NCBI GenBank assembly: GCA_964016885.1
Contig: OZ024746.1
Span: 58,590,001-58,654,000 of the forward strand
Direction of reading: 5' to 3'
Length of the DNA stretch: 64,000 bases
DNA from: Eledone cirrhosa
Lineage: Eukaryota
A program made the translations under genes and the position numbers. Shown here one piece after another: positions 36,200 through 50,619 of the stretch. Position 1 is the first letter of the stretch. Every line of letters starts with the position of its first letter. The notes below the pieces were generated by a model, which did no database searches, was not told the origin of the DNA, and saw nothing but the letters and a program-made list of their open reading frames with translations.

Positions 36200-39100
36200 T
36201 GTTTGTTTATTTGTGGTCGTCTACAGCGTGGTGATAATTCCACACAAGTGCCAAGTGGAGCGGCGCAACCACCGGAGACGGTGAATCCACAGATGGCTAT
36301 GTAACCATACATTCGCCAATCCTCGATAAGAGTGTTTAAATATCGAACCTAAACAGTTCGAATAACGGTGAAATGGAGACTAGAACGTCATGTGACAGAC
36401 TCTCTCCCAACAGGTGCTCCCTGGCTCAGCAGCAGGAACCTGACTGTCAACCAAATACTGCTGGTGTTGGAGGAAGAAGAAGAAAGAAAGGGGCCAGAAC
36501 CAACTGGACGAAAGAATTGAATAGAACTGTTATGCAATGTTACCTGAAAAGTAACCCCAAGGAGAGGGGCTATAGGAGACGGATGCATAACATCTGGAAC
36601 GAGATTGGTCTATTTAAATTAGATGAACAAAAATTGGCCGGACAGGCTCGGGTAATAAGAACTTATGGGTGGATAAGCGAGCTGGTACTGGAGGAACTGA
36701 GCAGAGAGAATAGCTTGGAGATGGAGGGTGTAGTATGCCAGACAAACGAGCCAGTGGGAAATGAAGGTGAAAAGGTCGAGAGAACGGAGGAACCACCCGA
36801 AGCAGACAATGATCTGGATACTGAGATAAATAATACCTAGAACAGAGATACGGCCACTGAGGAGATGAATGCTGACGGGCTAGGACAAGATTCGGTTGAC
36901 ATCCTAAATTTAGTGGTAGATGAATTGAACAATGATAGTGGGAGACCTATGAACCTAAGATTTGGAGACAGGAAAAAGTTAAAAGAAACAACAGCTAAGG
37001 TAAACAAAGTCATCCCATACCTTGAGGCGAAAAGCCTTCACCAGTGCAACAATATCCTCAAAGCAACAGCAAATACGGTGAGGAAACTACTTGGTATAAA
37101 AGCGAGAGGAAACAACAGACAAGAAAGAGCAGAGCCTTGGTGGAAGAAACGACTGAGTGGTCAAATCAAGGAAATGAGAAATGACATAGGAAAGCTTGAG
37201 TCACTACAGAATGGGACACTAAAAAACATAGGCACTAAAAATAGACTGGAAATAAAGTACAAAACTAGGAAGAAAAAGCTAAATATTATCATAGAGGAAC
37301 TGAAGCAACGCATTGTAGCAACGAGTGCAAAAATCAGGCGATACGAGAACAGAGTCAGTCAGTATAAACAGAACCGCATGTTCGACAACAACCAGAAGAT
37401 GCTGTTTGGTAGGCTTGAGGGGAAAGAAAGAGGCAACGACTTGATCCCTGAGGCGGAACAAACTAAAACATTCTGGAGAGGAATATGGGAGCAGAATGTT
37501 AGACATAATGACCAGGCAGGGTGGATTGAGACAGTACAGAGGCAGATCGGTGAGCAGGCACACCAACAAACTGATTTGAGTATCACAGTTGAAACTCTTA
37601 AGGGGCAGGCCAAAAAACTAACCAACTGGAAATCACCAGGCCCAGATGGTGTGCAGGGGTATTGGATTAAAAATGTAACATCCCTCCACCCGAAGCTGAC
37701 GGCCATGTTCAATGACTGCTTGGTGTCGGGTGAGGTGCCAGAGTGGTTGACAAAAGGTACCACAGTTCTGATAATGAAAGATCGAATCAAGGGTAATGAT
37801 GTTACCAACTATAGACCTATCACATGTCTGTCCGTAATGTGGAAACTGTTGACGAGCATTGTGTCTGAGGAAATCTACCATCACCTCCACACAAACAACT
37901 TGTTACCGGACGAACAGAAAGGATGCCGAAAGAAGTCACGTGGTACAAAGGACCAGTTACTTATTGATAAGATGGTAATGGGGAATTGCAGGAGGAGACA
38001 CACTGATCTTGCCATGGGATGGATAGACTACAGAAAGGCATTTGACATGGTGCCTCATTCTTGGATCACCAAAAGCCTGGAGATCTTCAGGGTGGCAGAT
38101 AACATTAGACAGTTGCTAGGCAGGAGTATGGGGTCCTGGGAGACAGAGTTGACATCAACTGGAGTATCCTTGGGAAGCGTGAAGATCAAGAGAGGTATCT
38201 TCCAGGGAGATAGCCTGTCCCCTCTGTTGTTTGTCCTTGCCCTGATGCCCTTGACCATTATGCTGCGAAAAGTGAGAGCAGGATACAAGTTGGGAAAGGG
38301 AGAGCTTACCATCAATCACCTCCTCTTCATGGACGATCTTAAGCTCTTCGGGAAGAGTGAGAAGGAGTTGGATGTGCTTGTTGACACTGTCCGTATTTTC
38401 AGCAGTGATATATGTATGCAGTTTGGTATTAGTAAGTGTGGAGTCATTGTGATGAGGAGGGGTAGGTTGAGCAGAAGTAACGGAATCCAGACACCAACAG
38501 GTGAGATGATAAAGGAAACTGACTCTGAGGAAGGATACAAGTATTTGGGCGTTCTGGAGGCTGATGGCATAAAGAACAAAAAAATGAAGGAATTGTTAAG
38601 AACTGAATACATTCGGAGAGTAAGGAGCGTATTGAAGTCACATCTGAACAGCAGAAATGCCATAAGCGCAGTAAATTCCCGAGCTGTGTCTATTATTAGG
38701 TACAGTGCGGGAATTCTGAGATGGAATGTTGCTGAACAAAAAGAAATGGATAGGAAGACTATTGACTATCTACAACATGTTCCACAAGAGGAGTGATGTT
38801 GATAGACTCTACCTAAGGAGATCTGAGGGTGGAAGAGGTCTTATCAGCATAGAGGACTGTGTTCAGATGGAGAAAAACAACCTATACAAATACGTGACTG
38901 ATAGTAAGGAGCCAATGCTCAGAACTGTACTGAAGGGGGGGACAGTAGGCCAGGGGATGTCCAAGGAGGAAATAACATCAAGGAGAAAGAGCAGCCTTCA
39001 GTGAAAATCCCTTCATAGTACCTTCTTTGAGAAAACGGAATTTAGAGATCCACAGACATGGAACTGGTTGAGAAGAGGAGACCTCAAAAAGGCTACAGAA

Positions 39101-39840
39101 GGAATGTTAATGGCTGCGCAGGAGCAGGCCCTCAAAACAAAGTGGTTGAAACACCATATTTACAAGGAGGAGGCTAGCCCACTGTGCAGGATCTGTGAAG
39201 AGAGAGAGGAGACTGTGTTTCACATTGTATCCGAGTGTAAACACCTAGCCCTGACCCACTATAAGGGCTGGAGACATGATGTGATGGGCAGGGTGATCCA
39301 CTGGCACCTGTGCAAAGTAAACAATTTACCACATTCTGAGAAATGGTATTAGCATAGGCCAGATGCGGTGATGGAGAACGATCAGGTGAAGGTGCTGTGG
39401 GATTTTAGGATACAGACGGACAAGAAACTGGAACACAATAGACCTGACCTGGTGGTTGTGGACAAAGAAAAAAGATCGTGTCTGATTGTGGATGTGGCCT
39501 GCCCATTCGACACGAGAGTGCAAGAGAAGGAGAGGGAGAAAATTAACCGATACCAGGACTTAAAGTGGGAGGTAAAAAGGATTTGGAACTGCCATGAAGT
39601 CAAAGTGATCCCGATTGTCATAGGCGCACTGGGGACTATCTCCAAAAGTTTCCAGGGATCGTTAAAGAAAATCGGCCCCTTCACGCTTTTAGGAACGCTT
39701 CAAAAGGCATGCTTGCTGGGAATAGCAAGAACCCTCCGATACGTCCTGAATATCTGAGGCTGCAGGTAGTGGCTTGATATTCATTCCAACGGACTTTCCA
39801 TTTAACCAACATCAGTTAACCAACTGAGATTCAAGGAATA
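36200..39840 (+). mobile_element. R4/Dong-clade LINE, near full length (5' boundary approximate)
   Basis: Single long RT + restriction-like endonuclease (RLE) frame and a short 3' UTR followed by (TAA)n at 39845-39903. Confidence 0.9.
36373..39757 (+). pseudogene. R4/Dong ORF (RT, CCHC finger, RLE) with stops and a frameshift
   Basis: WTKELNRTVMQCY..GYRRRMHNIW; KSPGPDGVQGYWIK; YRPITCL; IDYRKAFDMVPHSW; [13 protein letters not shown]; HLLFMDDLKLF; RLYLRRSEGGRGL; CRIC..ETVFHIVSEC; RPDLVVVD..DVACP..KINRYQDL. Stops at 36838, 39002 and 39350; frameshift near 38755. Confidence 0.92.
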
Positions 39841-39860
39841 ATATTAATAATAATAACAAG

Positions 39861-39903
<43 letters not shown>

Positions 39904-39907
<4 letters not shown>

Positions 39908-42008
39908 GACATATTTCCCATTGAGCAGAAAGGGTGTAAACGAGGCTCATATGGCTGTAAGGATCAGCTTCTGGTTAACAAAATGATACTGGAAGATTGT
40001 CATAATAGACACAAAAATCTATCGATTGCTTGGATAGATTATAAAAAAGCATTCGATAGTTTGCCACACAGTTGGATTGAAAAATGTTTAGAGATTTTCA
40101 AAATATCCCCCGTTGTCAGGAGGTTTTTGTCATTCAGTATGAAGACATGGAAAACGACACTCCTTTTGAATAGTGAAACAAAATCACTGGAAGCTGGAGA
40201 AGTTAATATTAATTGTGGAATTTTTCAGGGTGACTCTTTATCACCGCTTTTATTCTGCATCGCACTTATACCATTAAGTAAATTGCTCAATGAAACAAAA
40301 TATGGATATAAAGTCTATGACAAAACCATTAATCACCTGTTCTACATGGATGACCTGAAACTATTTGCAAAAAATGATGAACAATTGCAAGGGTTATTAT
40401 CCACTGTGGAGCAGTTCAGTGATGACATTAAAATGGAGTTTGGACTAGATAAATGCGCCAAAGCAACGTTCACCAGAGGAAAGCTGCTGAAGAGTTCAGA
40501 CATTAATCTTGATCGGGGGAACGTGATAAGAGAACTTGATCAAGAAAAAACTTACAAATATCTAGGTGTTTGTGAAGGAGACGGAATCAAGCACTCGACA
40601 ATGAGGGAAAGGATAAGGAAGGAAAGTTACCGCAGAGTAAGAGCAATCTTAAGAACGGAATTGAATGCAAGGAATAGGATCGATGCCATAAACACCCTTG
40701 CCATACCAGTAGTAACCTACAGTTACAATGACATCAACTGGTCAAGCACAGAGATCCGTAGGCTCGATACAAAAATTCGAAAATTCTTAACCATGCACAG
40801 AATGCATCACCCTAAGGCAGATATAGATAGAATATATCTCCCTAGGAAAGAAGGAGGACGTGGGTTAATCCAGTTAGACATTGCGTTGAAAACTGCAACA
40901 ATTGGATTATCTACATATCTAAGGGAATCACATGATTGGATGATCAAACTCGTTTTGAAACACGAAAGCATCAAAAGATCATATTCCATTACAAAAGATG
41001 GACAAAGATACAGTAATGGACTACAAATTTCAGAAGTCCCATTTACTGCTGAAATGGAAAACACAGAAAAAGCAAAGCAGGTAAAAGTAACTGCAAAGAA
41101 AGAACTGCTACAGAAACTGGCTAAGAAATGGCAAGAAAAGCCTCTGTATGGAAAATACCCAGAGCGAGCTAACAATCCTGATGTTGACAAAACTTTAACC
41201 CATCAGTGGTTGGCATCCTCTGGACTGAAATCGGAGACTGAAGGACTGATTATATCAGCACAAGATCAGTGTCTGCCAACAAAAAATTACCAAGCCAACA
41301 TAATAAAAAATGAAACAACCAGAGACCATTGACCATATAATTTCAATGTGCAGTCCTATAGCTCCAACCGAATACCTAAACAGGCACGACAGAGCTGCAC
41401 AATACATACATTGGATAATGTGTAAGCATTTTGACCTGCCCCATCAAAAGAATTGGTGGGAGCATCAACCACCTCCCATACTTGAAAAAGATCACATCTC
41501 AATCTTGTGGAACTTTAGCATCCAAACAGACCGAAAAATAGATGCAAATAGACCTGATATAATATTGAAGGACTTTCAAAAGAGGGTATGCCTGCTAATT
41601 GATATGTCTGTTCCAATAGACAAGAATGTATCTATAAAAACATTTGAAAAATTGAGCAAGTATAAGGACCTGGAGATAGAAATTGGAAAAATGTGGAAAT
41701 TGAGAACTAAAACAATACCAGTGGTTGTAGGCGTTCTGGGAATGATACCTAACGGGTCTAATGATTACTTATCGCAAATCCCAGGAAACCCCCGTATAGG
41801 AGAAATACAAAAGATAGTACTAATGGGAACTGCCCATATACTAAGGAAGATTCTGTCAATATAAGTACATCACAAGTCTAAACACTAAAGATGCATGTGT
41901 GAGTATGTATGTTCTTTCTTGAACATGGCGGACCTTGTTGTCTCTTGAGGTCACTGGTTGTCACTTGGTGATAACTCGTATGAACAATAAAGCAAGATAA
42001 ATGCAGCT

Positions 42009-42010
<2 letters not shown>
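39904..42010 (+). mobile_element. R4/Dong LINE, second family, 5'-truncated
   Basis: [64 protein letters not shown] ends at 41864 (deletion/frameshift near 41320). Bounded by (TAA)n on both sides. Confidence 0.9.
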
Positions 42011-42039
<29 letters not shown>

Positions 42040-42042
<3 letters not shown>

Positions 42043-42575
42043 TGGAGATTGTGGCTCACATTGTATCCGAGTGTAAACACCTAGCCCAGACTCACTATAA
42101 AGGATGGAGACATGATGTGATGGGCAGGTGATCCACTGGCACCTATGCAAAGTAAACAATTTACCACATTCTGAGAAGTGGTATGAGCATAAGCCAGTGT
42201 CTGTGATAAAAAACCATCAGGTGAAAGTGCTGTGGGATTTTAGGACACAGACGGACAATAAACTGGAACACAATAGACCTGACCTGGTGGTTTTGGACAA
42301 GGAAAAAAGATCGTGCCTGATTGTGGATGTGGCCTGCCCATTCGACACGAGAGAGCAAGAGAAGGAGAGGGAGAAAATTAACCGATACAAAGACTTAAAT
42401 AGGGAGGTAAAAAGGATTTGGAGTTGCCATGAAGTCAAAGTGGTCCCGATTGTCATAGGCGCACTAGGTACTATCTCAAAAAGTTTCCAGGGATGGTTAA
42501 ATAAAATTGGCCCCGCCCCACTTTTTGGAACACTTCAAAAGGCATGCTTGCTGGGAACAGCAAGAACCCTCCGAT
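42040..42575 (+). mobile_element. R4/Dong LINE 3' fragment (family 1)
   Basis: HIVSECKHLAQTHYKGWRHD..WDFRTQTD..RPDLVVLD..QKACLLGTARTLR. Confidence 0.85.
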
Positions 42576-42577
42576 AA

Positions 42578-43565
42578 TATTGATAGATGATGTTAAAGAG
42601 ATCTGAAGTTGGAAGATGTCTTATCAGCATGGAGTAGTGTGTTCAGATGCTGAAGAGCTAATTACACAAATACGTGTCTGAGAGTAACGAGGCATTTTAT
42701 AAGGCTCTATTGAAAGAGGAGATCAAAGAACAAAGGATGTCCAAGAAAGAATGAACCACAACGAGGAAGAATAACCTGAATGAAAACGCCCTTCACAGTA
42801 TCTTCTTGAAGAAAAGAGAATTCAGAAATGAGTAGACATGAGACTGGTTAAAGAAAGGAGACCTTAAGAAAGCTGCAGATGGAATGCTAATGGCTGCACG
42901 TGAGTCAGCACTTAGAACGAAGGAGGAATCTAGCCTGCTCTCTAGGATCTGTGGAAAGAGAGGGGGAGAGGGGAGAGAGGAGAGAGAGTGAGAGAGAGAG
43001 AAAGTGTGTGTCTCGCAACGTATCCGCGAGTAAACACCTAGCCGGAATTCATTATATAGAATGGCGGCATGAATCATACGAACACTGATCCAATGGCATT
43101 TATGGAAACTGACTAATTTACCTCATTCTGAGAAATGGCAATATCATAAGCCAGAGTCTGTGTTAGAAAACGATATGGGTGAAGGTACTGTCCGGTTTCA
43201 AGATACAAACCGATGAAGAACACAATGAGCCTGACCTGATGATTGTTGATAAGACACAAGAGCGCAAGAAAAGGAGGAGAACATTAACCGGTACCAGGAT
43301 TTCAATTGGAAACTGAAAAGGATTTGGGACTGTCATTAGATGAAGGTCATCCCAGTCGTCATAGGAGCTCCAGGTAATATATCGAAGAGATTCCAATGCT
43401 GTCTACAATACATTAACCAGGGTCCCGTTTTTTAGACCACTTTAAAAGATATCCCAGCTGGGAACAGCAAGGACCGTCCAATACGTCCTAAATATCAGAG
43501 GCTGCATGTAGCGGCTTGATGATCATTTGAGCAAACGTTCCAGTTAAATAACTGGACTCCAAGAA
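42578..43565 (+). mobile_element. Older, degraded R4/Dong LINE 3' fragment
   Basis: Homologous to 38810-39835 (WLKKGDLKKAADGMLMAA, PDLMIVDK; 3' UTR gaggctgcatgtagcggcttgat), then aataataat. Confidence 0.75.
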
Positions 43566-43569
43566 AATA

Positions 43570-44080
43570 ATAATTGTTTCTACATTTTTGGCACAAGGCC
43601 AGCAATTATTTCAGAGTATTACTGCTACTTTATTTTATTGACCCCGTAAGGATGAAAGGCAAAGTTAACTTCGGGGGCGATTTGAAATCAGATCCTAAAG
43701 GGCAGTAACTCTTTGCTGCAAAGCATGGCGTTCGACCCTCTATCGCTACAGCCACCTCACCGCCCTTATATAGTAATGATGATTTCATTTATTGGCCACA
43801 AGGGCCGAAATGTAGGGACCAATGTAAAGACAGGTACAGTGTGGCGGGGGAGGAGTACAATAAAATTGAGTGATAATACACTAATAATAATTTAATTGTT
43901 TCTACTTTTGGTACAAGGCCAGCAAATTACCCAGTGCATTACTGGTACTTTATTTTATCGACCCCGTAAGGATGAAAGGCAAAGTTAACCTCGGCGGGAT
44001 TTGAACTCAGTATGGCAAGGGCAGTAACTCTATGCATCAAAGCATGGTGTCCAACCCTCTACCGATACTGCCAATCCACT
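43570..44080 (-). mobile_element. Two SINE family 2 copies (about 43570-43765 and 43893-44080)
   Basis: ttttatcgaccccgtaaggatgaaaggcaaagttaacctcggcgggatttgaactc...ctctaccgatactgcca. Confidence 0.8.
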
Positions 44081-45449
44081 AATAATAATTTAATAATGAT
44101 AATTCTAAACAACATTGTTCTTTTCATTCTCTGCTCTCTACTTTCATTTCTTCTGCTTCTACCCGTTCCCCGAGTTTCTTGGAGAAAATTGTCAATGTGA
44201 AAGACAATATGAAATATACATCAGGCACTACTAACACATTAACGTCTACAACAGAAATATCAAATTGAAATGAAAGTAATCAACGGCAACAACTACAACT
44301 CAACGCCGAAACAACTATAACAGCACAAGAAAAAATATCAGCAACTCCAACAACGACATTGACGACAACAATAAAAGCATGAACAACAACAACAACAAAA
44401 CTACAATACCCAGACCAACAACTACAAAATCACCAACAACAAAAACTACAACATCAACATCACTAACAAAAACTCTTCACAGATATGACGCCAATAATAC
44501 AAATGTCAAATTATACGTTTATGAGACCAACCAAGGAGCACATAAGGATGAAAGGCAAAGTTAACCTTCCTTTGAAATGAAAGATGTGACATCAAAATCT
44601 CTATTAATATTACATTATTATGAACGTAGACATTGCTGAGTTGTCATGAATCTCGCAATTGAGTGTAGGAAAATTATATTTAAACATGTCGTACGGAAGT
44701 ATACAGCTATAATTCAAATCACCTGCGTTGACATTTTCATTAAGAGTACACGTGGCTGTGTAATAATCACCCAGATTTACATTTATTTCACCAATCGACT
44801 ATGAAGTAACGAAATTAAAAATTCTTCAGGAAAATGATTATCTTCAAAACAGGTGAAACCTGTCAGGGAAAACTAAAGAAACAAGAAATATTATATTGTT
44901 TTAGCGACATCAGATGTAAACAATGTTTGCCTAATCAAAAATCCAATCCTAAGAACAAAGAGAGTAGAATATCACACAATTATCTAGGTATGCATTACAT
45001 TTGAAAATAGAGTATGTTGACTTTTTCGTTACCAACTATGCCATCATGAAAGATAGTACATCACACTATATATGATTGGTACATCAGCGGAGTAGTACCA
45101 AATAATAACTAAGCTGGAAATCATCTCAATATGCGTTCATGAAAAGACACTATTCCTGGGAAATTATAAAAAAGATAAGGAACCTTATTGGATATAAATA
45201 ATAACACCAATGGAGCATTTACAACACACCGGTACACAACCCCGAACACTGTCTATAACTCCGTTCGTACCTAAAATATTTATTTTTGGATATATTATAT
45301 AAAGATTATTTCTACTGCAAAATACTTGAAGGAAATGTAGTTTGGTGTATATATACACACACAGTCACATACACAGACACACACAAACACACACACATAC
45401 ACACACTTACACACACATATACACGTATATATAAATATATATATACCCC

Positions 45450-45506
<57 letters not shown>

Positions 45507-46065
45507 GCTCATGCACGCACAAGAACACACACAACCACATACACATACAAACACCCACTTATATATGTATATATGTGTATATGTATATGTATATATACAT
45601 ATATGTATGTGTATATAAATATATATGTATATATATATTTATATATATATATATATATGTATATACATATATTGTGAGAGAGAGAGGGAGATGTGTATAT
45701 ACATATATATATATATATGTGTGTGGACGGGTGCGTGCGCGTCTGTGCGTGCGTATGTGTGCGTGTGTCTGCTTGTGTAGGTGTGTGCGTGGGTGGGTTT
45801 GTGTATGTGTGTTTGTGTGCGTGTGTGTGGGTGGGTGTATGTGTGTGAATATATATACCCATATGTATTTGTGCATGTGTGGTTATGTGATCTGAAATTG
45901 TGAGTGTATGTAGGCATATATATCAAAGCGGTAAATGGACATGAAATAAGACCCTAGCCATTATCAATGTATTTATTCTACCTCGTGATTCTAAATGAGA
46001 TTATACAGTTCAAAGAAATTGAAAATATAAAAAGCCGAGATTGACGTGAATATATGTATCTACCT

Positions 46066-46164
<99 letters not shown>

Positions 46165-48548
46165 TGACTCTTTTCATATATATATATATATATAAATATC
46201 ATCATCAATCTATTGTACGTATACATAAGCAATCTATATACGTACTTATATGTGATCAACTTATATACGTATGTGATAAATCTATACACAACAGCCTCTC
46301 AGGCAAGATGGCTTCTATCGGAATATTTCATTTGCTTGAATATGTATATGGGTGTACGTATGAAGTACGTCACTATAGCTTTATCTTAATATGATATTAA
46401 TTCTGCTCAGCTATGATGAGAAGCGATTTAATTGATGATGTAATCTCATAGGTATTATTCTCTTTCTCACTCACTTGCTCTCTATCACTCTCCTTCTCTC
46501 TCTTACTACCTCTCTCTCCTTCTCACTATCTCTCTCCCCCCTCTCTCTCTCTACCTCACTACCTCTCTCTCGCTCTTAAGATCACAAACCAATCACCAGC
46601 CTACGTATAGTAGTGTGGAGGGGGAAATTAAGAAATCCATTTAGAAAACAAAAACTTTAAGCTTTAAAATTTTGTATTAAAATTTGCCGTAGGCTTGTAT
46701 GTAAATATGAATAGGAAATTTATTATCACCGACTAAATGATGCAGATGAGCTGTCAGACAATAAACTATGTTTAAACAATGGTGGTGCAAGAATACCGTC
46801 CTAATCGAGTGGCAGAGAGATAAGATTTTAATAGCTTTAATATAATGGGCTTTAATATTCTCAGTTAAAACAAAGAATCTTATCTGACACCATTTTCAAA
46901 AACCGACTCCCATCATGCTTTATTTACAGACTTTTCATGTTCACTGAATTCCGCTTCGTAAATATTACAATAAGGTAATATCGTTTAACGGTTACAAGAC
47001 TGCCATTGTCCTAAGAATGTGTTCGTTACACTATTATATACTCTTGAGATATGTTGTTATCGTTGTTGTTATTATCATTACTGTTGTTGATGTTATTTAC
47101 CGTTTAAGTTGTAATGCCATGTTGATAAATCTTTCAATGATGGTGGCGTATTTATGAATTTTAAATCGATTAATGTTTTATGGTATAATAATTTGATAAC
47201 GTATTCATATCAACACACTTTTTTATTCTAATATTAATATAGTTCATTGTCTTTGTTCTTGGTGCTATTGATGATGGTGATCGTGATGATGTTCATGATG
47301 GTTTTATATTGCAGTTTATGTTCCCGTCTTGATTTTTTGTGGTATTTGTGTAAATAATTATCTATGCGTATATTTTTAACTGTGCTAGATCTCACTCTCC
47401 CTGCTTTGATATTGCCAGCATTAAATCTATGTGTTATAATTGTTGATGTTGTTGTTGTTGTTGTTGTTGTTGACGCAGTTGTTTTTCTGTCCTAATAAGA
47501 CAGTATAATTGTTCTGCCATGCGAATCATGTAAATGTAGAATTATCGTAATTTTATTGCCAATAACTGAAACGGAAAGAATACTAAAGTATCAAGACTTG
47601 TCTATATATTTACCTGATTATACGTGGGTTTATTGTGAAAAAGATAGCTGGAACTGTGTTAATTTATGCAGAGTTTTAGATCAACTTTCAAATAACATTT
47701 CTAGATCATAAATTTTCCCAGACGTATTTTCATAAATATCTACAATAAAATTAGAATATAAGATATTCTTGTGTGACTACTTCGATCTAAGATTGAATTA
47801 TCGTCAGAAAACTATCTGTATCAATTCTAATACGACATATATATGTCATGAAATATGTGCCAATAGAAATGAAATTTACAAGTGACACCTATGTAGGTTT
47901 ACATGGCTTTCGTACTAATTCACACCTCAAATGGGGTTTCTCGTGTGTATTAATGATAGAAACAACAGCCCTAGCACGAATGTCTCCGTAAAGCTATGAG
48001 TCTTGTTCAAGAGGAAAATGTGGCACAAAGTCCTGGAGTAGAGCACACGATTTTATGATTGTAGATTTAGCATCCACAAATATTTTACCACAAAATCTAA
48101 ATCCATAAAACACTTCCATCATTCCAGTAACATGAATTTCTTTCAACTAGATAATTTAGTTCTACCTACAATCCAGTACTCTTATCTCTCATGACAGTTC
48201 TCTTTATTCTTTCAAATCTCTCATGTCATTTCTCTTCATCACATTTATTCCTTCTTAGATCTCAGTCCTGGGAGGGAAAATGTTCCTCCAATATTTCCTC
48301 CCTAGAACTTCGACCATTCGAAAGTCTTTCTGGCTGAAGCCGTTAGATTCAAAATATAAACGAATCATCTAATACTAAACGGTCCATGTGAACCTACATA
48401 TTATATAGCCACTATACCTCCTCGTGCCTCACTAAATTTTATTATTCAAAAACACAAAAAAAGTCAGGGTGGAAGTTATATATCCTTTAGTTTGTCAAGT
48501 AAAACAGTCTTTGAAATCAGTCAGTGTTTATAGTTAATATATACATAA

Positions 48549-48615
<67 letters not shown>

Positions 48616-49240
48616 TGCATGTGTGTGTGCTTGTGTGTGTGTAGGGGGGGTGTAGGTAGGTATCTATGTATATATGACTGTATGTCTATATATATATATC
48701 AATATATATATATATATATGTGTACATGCGCACGTGTGTGTGTGTATATATACCTACGAAAATGCACACAAACGCGTATATATATATATACACGTATATA
48801 TATATATATATATATAGTCATATAGACATAGATACCTACCTACCTGCCTACACACATACATACATAAATACATATATGTACATACATATATACATACATA
48901 CATAATCACACAGGACAGAACAGCACCTTCAGTCAGCTTTATATTTACCATGGTGTTTGTTTATCTGCAAATTACACAGGACAACGAGGAAGAATTTGAA
49001 ATGTTCCCGACTGTCCTTTCATCTTAATTGTAGTGCCACTAGTTTTAGAACGGTTATGTTGCTGCAGACATACATAGTTATCTTGTGAAGTTTAGAAATA
49101 TGTTTATTGAATTCCGAGATTTCTTCATTAGTCACAAAAGAATTGCCAATTTTCATTTCACCATTCCGTGTAATAAAACATTTTCACAATCAAAAAAGAA
49201 AACAAATTTCTATGAGGTTTACTATTCACAATGAATTCAG

Positions 49241-49291
<51 letters not shown>

Positions 49292-49317
49292 AATACGTAT
49301 GTATGTATGCGGGGGTG

Positions 49318-49512
<195 letters not shown>

Positions 49513-50473
49513 TGAGAGAGAGAGAGAATTCATATATTAATGTCCACACGTTTGCAATTCAACAATGCTACAAATTTCAACCATTACTCATGCGATTAAA
49601 TTGACTCCACTACTTAACTTATTTATTTTGTTGACCCGGAATGAGAAGAAAATATTGTAGCCAACTCTGATGCAAATGAACTGAGAAATTAAAAGGTTTT
49701 TACTGCATACGACATCGATACTCCGGCAATATAGAGTTTAAGCAGCACGAATATTGAAATAGACATAACTAAGTGGTTAATATCTTCGCTTGGCAATAAT
49801 GAGGCCATGCGTTTTTGGTGTGTAAGAATAGAGTTCGAATATACTTTCATTGATTTCGACGGAGAAGACTTCTTTTGAAATTATTGTATGAGGGGCTGAG
49901 CAATTCATAGATATGTGTCACTTTATAGTAATTCTCATAGAGATTCAGCATGAAATGTTTTTTTTTTTTTTTTTGGGGGGGGGGGGGGGGGGGGCAATAT
50001 CGGTATATTACTTTTTATTACAGAAACCTGGACAGCACGAGAGAGCGTTAGACCCGGTGTTTTTTGCATAGCTACGGCTTCCTAAATGTTTACCCTGTAA
50101 ACATACCGTATTTCTTTAGAAATACGAAATTTCTATACATATTAATAATAATAATAATATTACGCTACAGGTTTCTAGAAAAATATCACATGATCCACAT
50201 GGCAGGTGCAAGTGTCCGAGCATGGAAGAGCCGAACTCACACTGCCATCGCATCCATCTCTCTCACCCTCCTCATCTCTCTATATTATGAGCAAATGGGA
50301 TCCCACGTGCTGGCCGCCCCACAACCCCGGCGGACAGAATGGAGCAGGCATGAAATTGTGTGAAGTTGTGTGACAAAGCTGGCCATTTGAATTGCAACTG
50401 CAATCAACCAGACGGGTTTCCATCCATTTACTCACTTGAGGATTTTATCTTATTCACAAGTCTTAGATTCACT

Positions 50474-50619
50474 CGCTGCTCTGCGAAATGTTATTTGACA
50501 GAGATGCTACGCTGCTCTGCGAAATGTTATTTGACAGAGATGCTACGCTGCTCTGCGAAATGTTATTTGACAGAGATGCTACGCTGCTCTGCGAAATGTT
50601 ATTTGACAGAGATGCTACG
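50474..50619 (+). repeat. 36-bp tandem repeat, 4 identical copies
   Basis: cgctgctctgcgaaatgttatttgacagagatgcta x4. Confidence 0.9.

Noticed and set aside
36214-36335. HDV-like ribozyme in the R4/Dong 5' UTR
   Set aside because: A possible outer helix (ggtcgtct/agatggct) and a small hairpin exist, but I could not assign P2, P3/L3 or P1.1.
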